Part shown: in pieces, positions 34,091 to 35,415 of the stretch
How positions within the stretch are numbered: the stretch's first letter is position 1
Layout: each line of letters starts with the position of its first letter
NCBI GenBank assembly: GCA_002189035.1
Contig: NEEC01000173.1
Location: 1-35,415 of the forward strand
Source: Utricularia gibba
Lineage: Eukaryota > Plantae > Magnoliophyta
Direction of reading: 5' to 3'
DNA: 35,415 nt
The notes under the pieces: model-generated
Told to the model about the DNA's origin: nothing
The model's database searches: none
What the model saw: the letters and a program-made list of their open reading frames with translations, nothing else
Program-made: the position numbers and the translations under genes

Positions 34091-35313
34091 AAATTAAATA
34101 ATAATAACGCTAAAATGAAATTTAGTTTAATTTAATATGATATTTTAATTCATCCAAGTTAATCATATATAATATTAATATTCAAAAAAATAAATATTTA
34201 AAAAACATGAGTATATTCTAGAACTAACGTTATTTAAATAAAGACTATTTAACACATATTTTACACAAAATACTATATTTAAATATACATATAATATTAT
34301 CAAATATCCATAATATATAATTAAATGAAATAGTATTTATTACAAAAATCTATATAAATATATGTGTTTGTCTTTGACCATAAATCAAAGTTTAAATAAC
34401 AAAGAATATCTAATATATAGCATTAAATATCATTACTAATTCAATATGTGACTAATTTACAAGAAATATCATTTCCAGTCAATTTTAAATAAAAAAATAA
34501 TCAATTTGATAATCTTATTTATTATACACTTACAGGATTACCAAAATATAGTATTAAATACTATTGCTAATTAAATATGTGATTAATGTAACATAAAGCA
34601 CCCGTTCATATGTACCCATTGAGAATGAAGACGGGCATTTATTTTAAAATTTGGAAAAAAAAAAGTTGCATGAATTCAAAAAGCGCAGCAATAAATGGTG
34701 ACAGCTCATTCATTAGGGTTTAACCCGGCAAAAACATTTAGGGATGGGAAATAATTTCCTAATTATTGTGGCCAACAGATTAACCTAACCGTTAGTTCAT
34801 TCCAATTTAGTGGGCATCCATTATTCCACTTTGAACAATTAAATACTCCAAATACCCCCCTCATTAACCGACACGTGTCATAATTACCCCTTAATCACCT
34901 CCAACAGAAACCCGGCCCGGCCTTCTCTTAAAATGGATCCCTTAATCACATACATTATGGAACCCGATTGGAAATATAAAAGAAATTAATTAAAAAAACA
35001 GTTAATATCTGATTGGACAGGAAGCCACGGCATTTTTTATGTGGTAGGCTGAAGGGGAGGGTGAAATAAATAAATAGACCAAAAATTGCAGCGGAGAATT
35101 AAAGGCGTGAGCGGAGGAAGTTGGCGATCCTACGGTAACAACAATTAATTCCGCCAAATAATAATACGAACATTGAACATTTAAGGCGTCTTTGTAAGAG
35201 AGGAGGAAGGGGGAAGGAGGGAATCGTGTTGTGAGAATACATATATAGGGCCGGCCAGTCGCGACAACCAACATTCAGCCCTGCCCATCACTCAAACTGG
35301 ACCCGAAACCAGC

Positions 35314-35415
35314 ATGGCCAAGCGCGCCACCGCTGTCGCCACCCACCGGAGGAGCCAATTCTGAGGAGCAAGCGGAGCAGGAAGAGCATACCCAGGGAGT
35401 CTCCTCAACAGCGGA
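35314..35415 (+). CDS. 5' fragment of a probable WRINKLED3/4-type AP2 transcription factor; runs off the window; one 1-nt deletion at 35342-44
   Basis: Adding one C gives MAKRATAVATPPEEPILRSKRSRKSIPRESPQQR, which resembles the basic KR.RKS.PR.SP.QR segment just before SSxYRGVTRHRW in WRI3/WRI4. TATATA at about 35242. Adjacency to an At1g79720-type protease matches Arabidopsis WRI4 (At1g79700) as I recall. Confidence 0.65.

Noticed and set aside
38-35274. Numerous 60-190 aa ORFs in the six-frame track overlapping real genes, for example 38-607, 208-543, 9974-10495, 12875-13366, 21557-21845, 22423-22899 and 25954-26493
   Set aside because: They are antisense or alternative-frame shadows of GC-rich or repetitive exons and show no recognisable domains.
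184-35415. A cluster of pseudogenes (STP, LTPG, SDE3, protease, WRI-like) suggested by split ORFs
   Set aside because: All breaks are single-base deletions, almost all in homopolymer runs, with no stop substitutions and intact catalytic motifs. Sequencing error is the simpler explanation. Only the Pro/Gly-rich gene is demonstrably disrupted, by the TE.
4711-35415. A lipid/oxylipin biosynthetic gene cluster (LOX, Sec14, two LTPGs, WRI-like)
   Set aside because: The genes do not form consecutive steps of one pathway and are interspersed with unrelated genes. Their adjacency appears to reflect old synteny, and there is no co-expression evidence.
1-35415. tRNA, rRNA, snoRNA genes or CRISPR arrays
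   Set aside because: None found. The tRNA-Trp-like 18-mer at 21139-21156 is a PBS: it includes the CCA and lacks the rest of the cloverleaf.

Overview
Nuclear DNA from a flowering plant, probably a eudicot, with a very compact layout: 12 host genes in about 30 kb of non-TE sequence and introns mostly 64-135 nt. Order: STP6/STP8-type sugar transporter (-), LOX5-type 9-lipoxygenase (+), DUF868 (-), Sec14/CRAL-TRIO protein (-), DUF3339 (-), a secreted Pro/Gly-rich protein gene (+), SMP/D-34 LEA (-), two head-to-head GPI-anchored LTP genes, SDE3 RNA helicase (-), an AED1-type aspartic protease (+), and the first 102 nt of a probable WRI3/WRI4-type AP2 gene (+). The Pro/Gly-rich gene is split by a complete 5,349-bp Ty1/copia element on the - strand with two apparently identical 392-bp LTRs and an AAGGT target-site duplication. 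The most unusual feature is this element. Its primer-binding site is an 18-nt match to the plant tRNA-Trp 3' end as I recall it, rather than the usual tRNA-iMet. Its pol frame runs 72 codons into the 3' LTR, and its protease motif reads D-C-A. Sixteen reading-frame breaks across seven coding units are each repaired by adding one base, almost all to a homopolymer run, with no nonsense codons. I read these as long-read assembly errors, not pseudogenes. I cannot establish a new multi-gene biological system from the sequence alone. The tRNA-Trp-primed copia and a possible spliced antisense transcript at 33.4-34.1 kb are the best leads. Comparisons to Arabidopsis genes and tRNA are from memory and need database confirmation.
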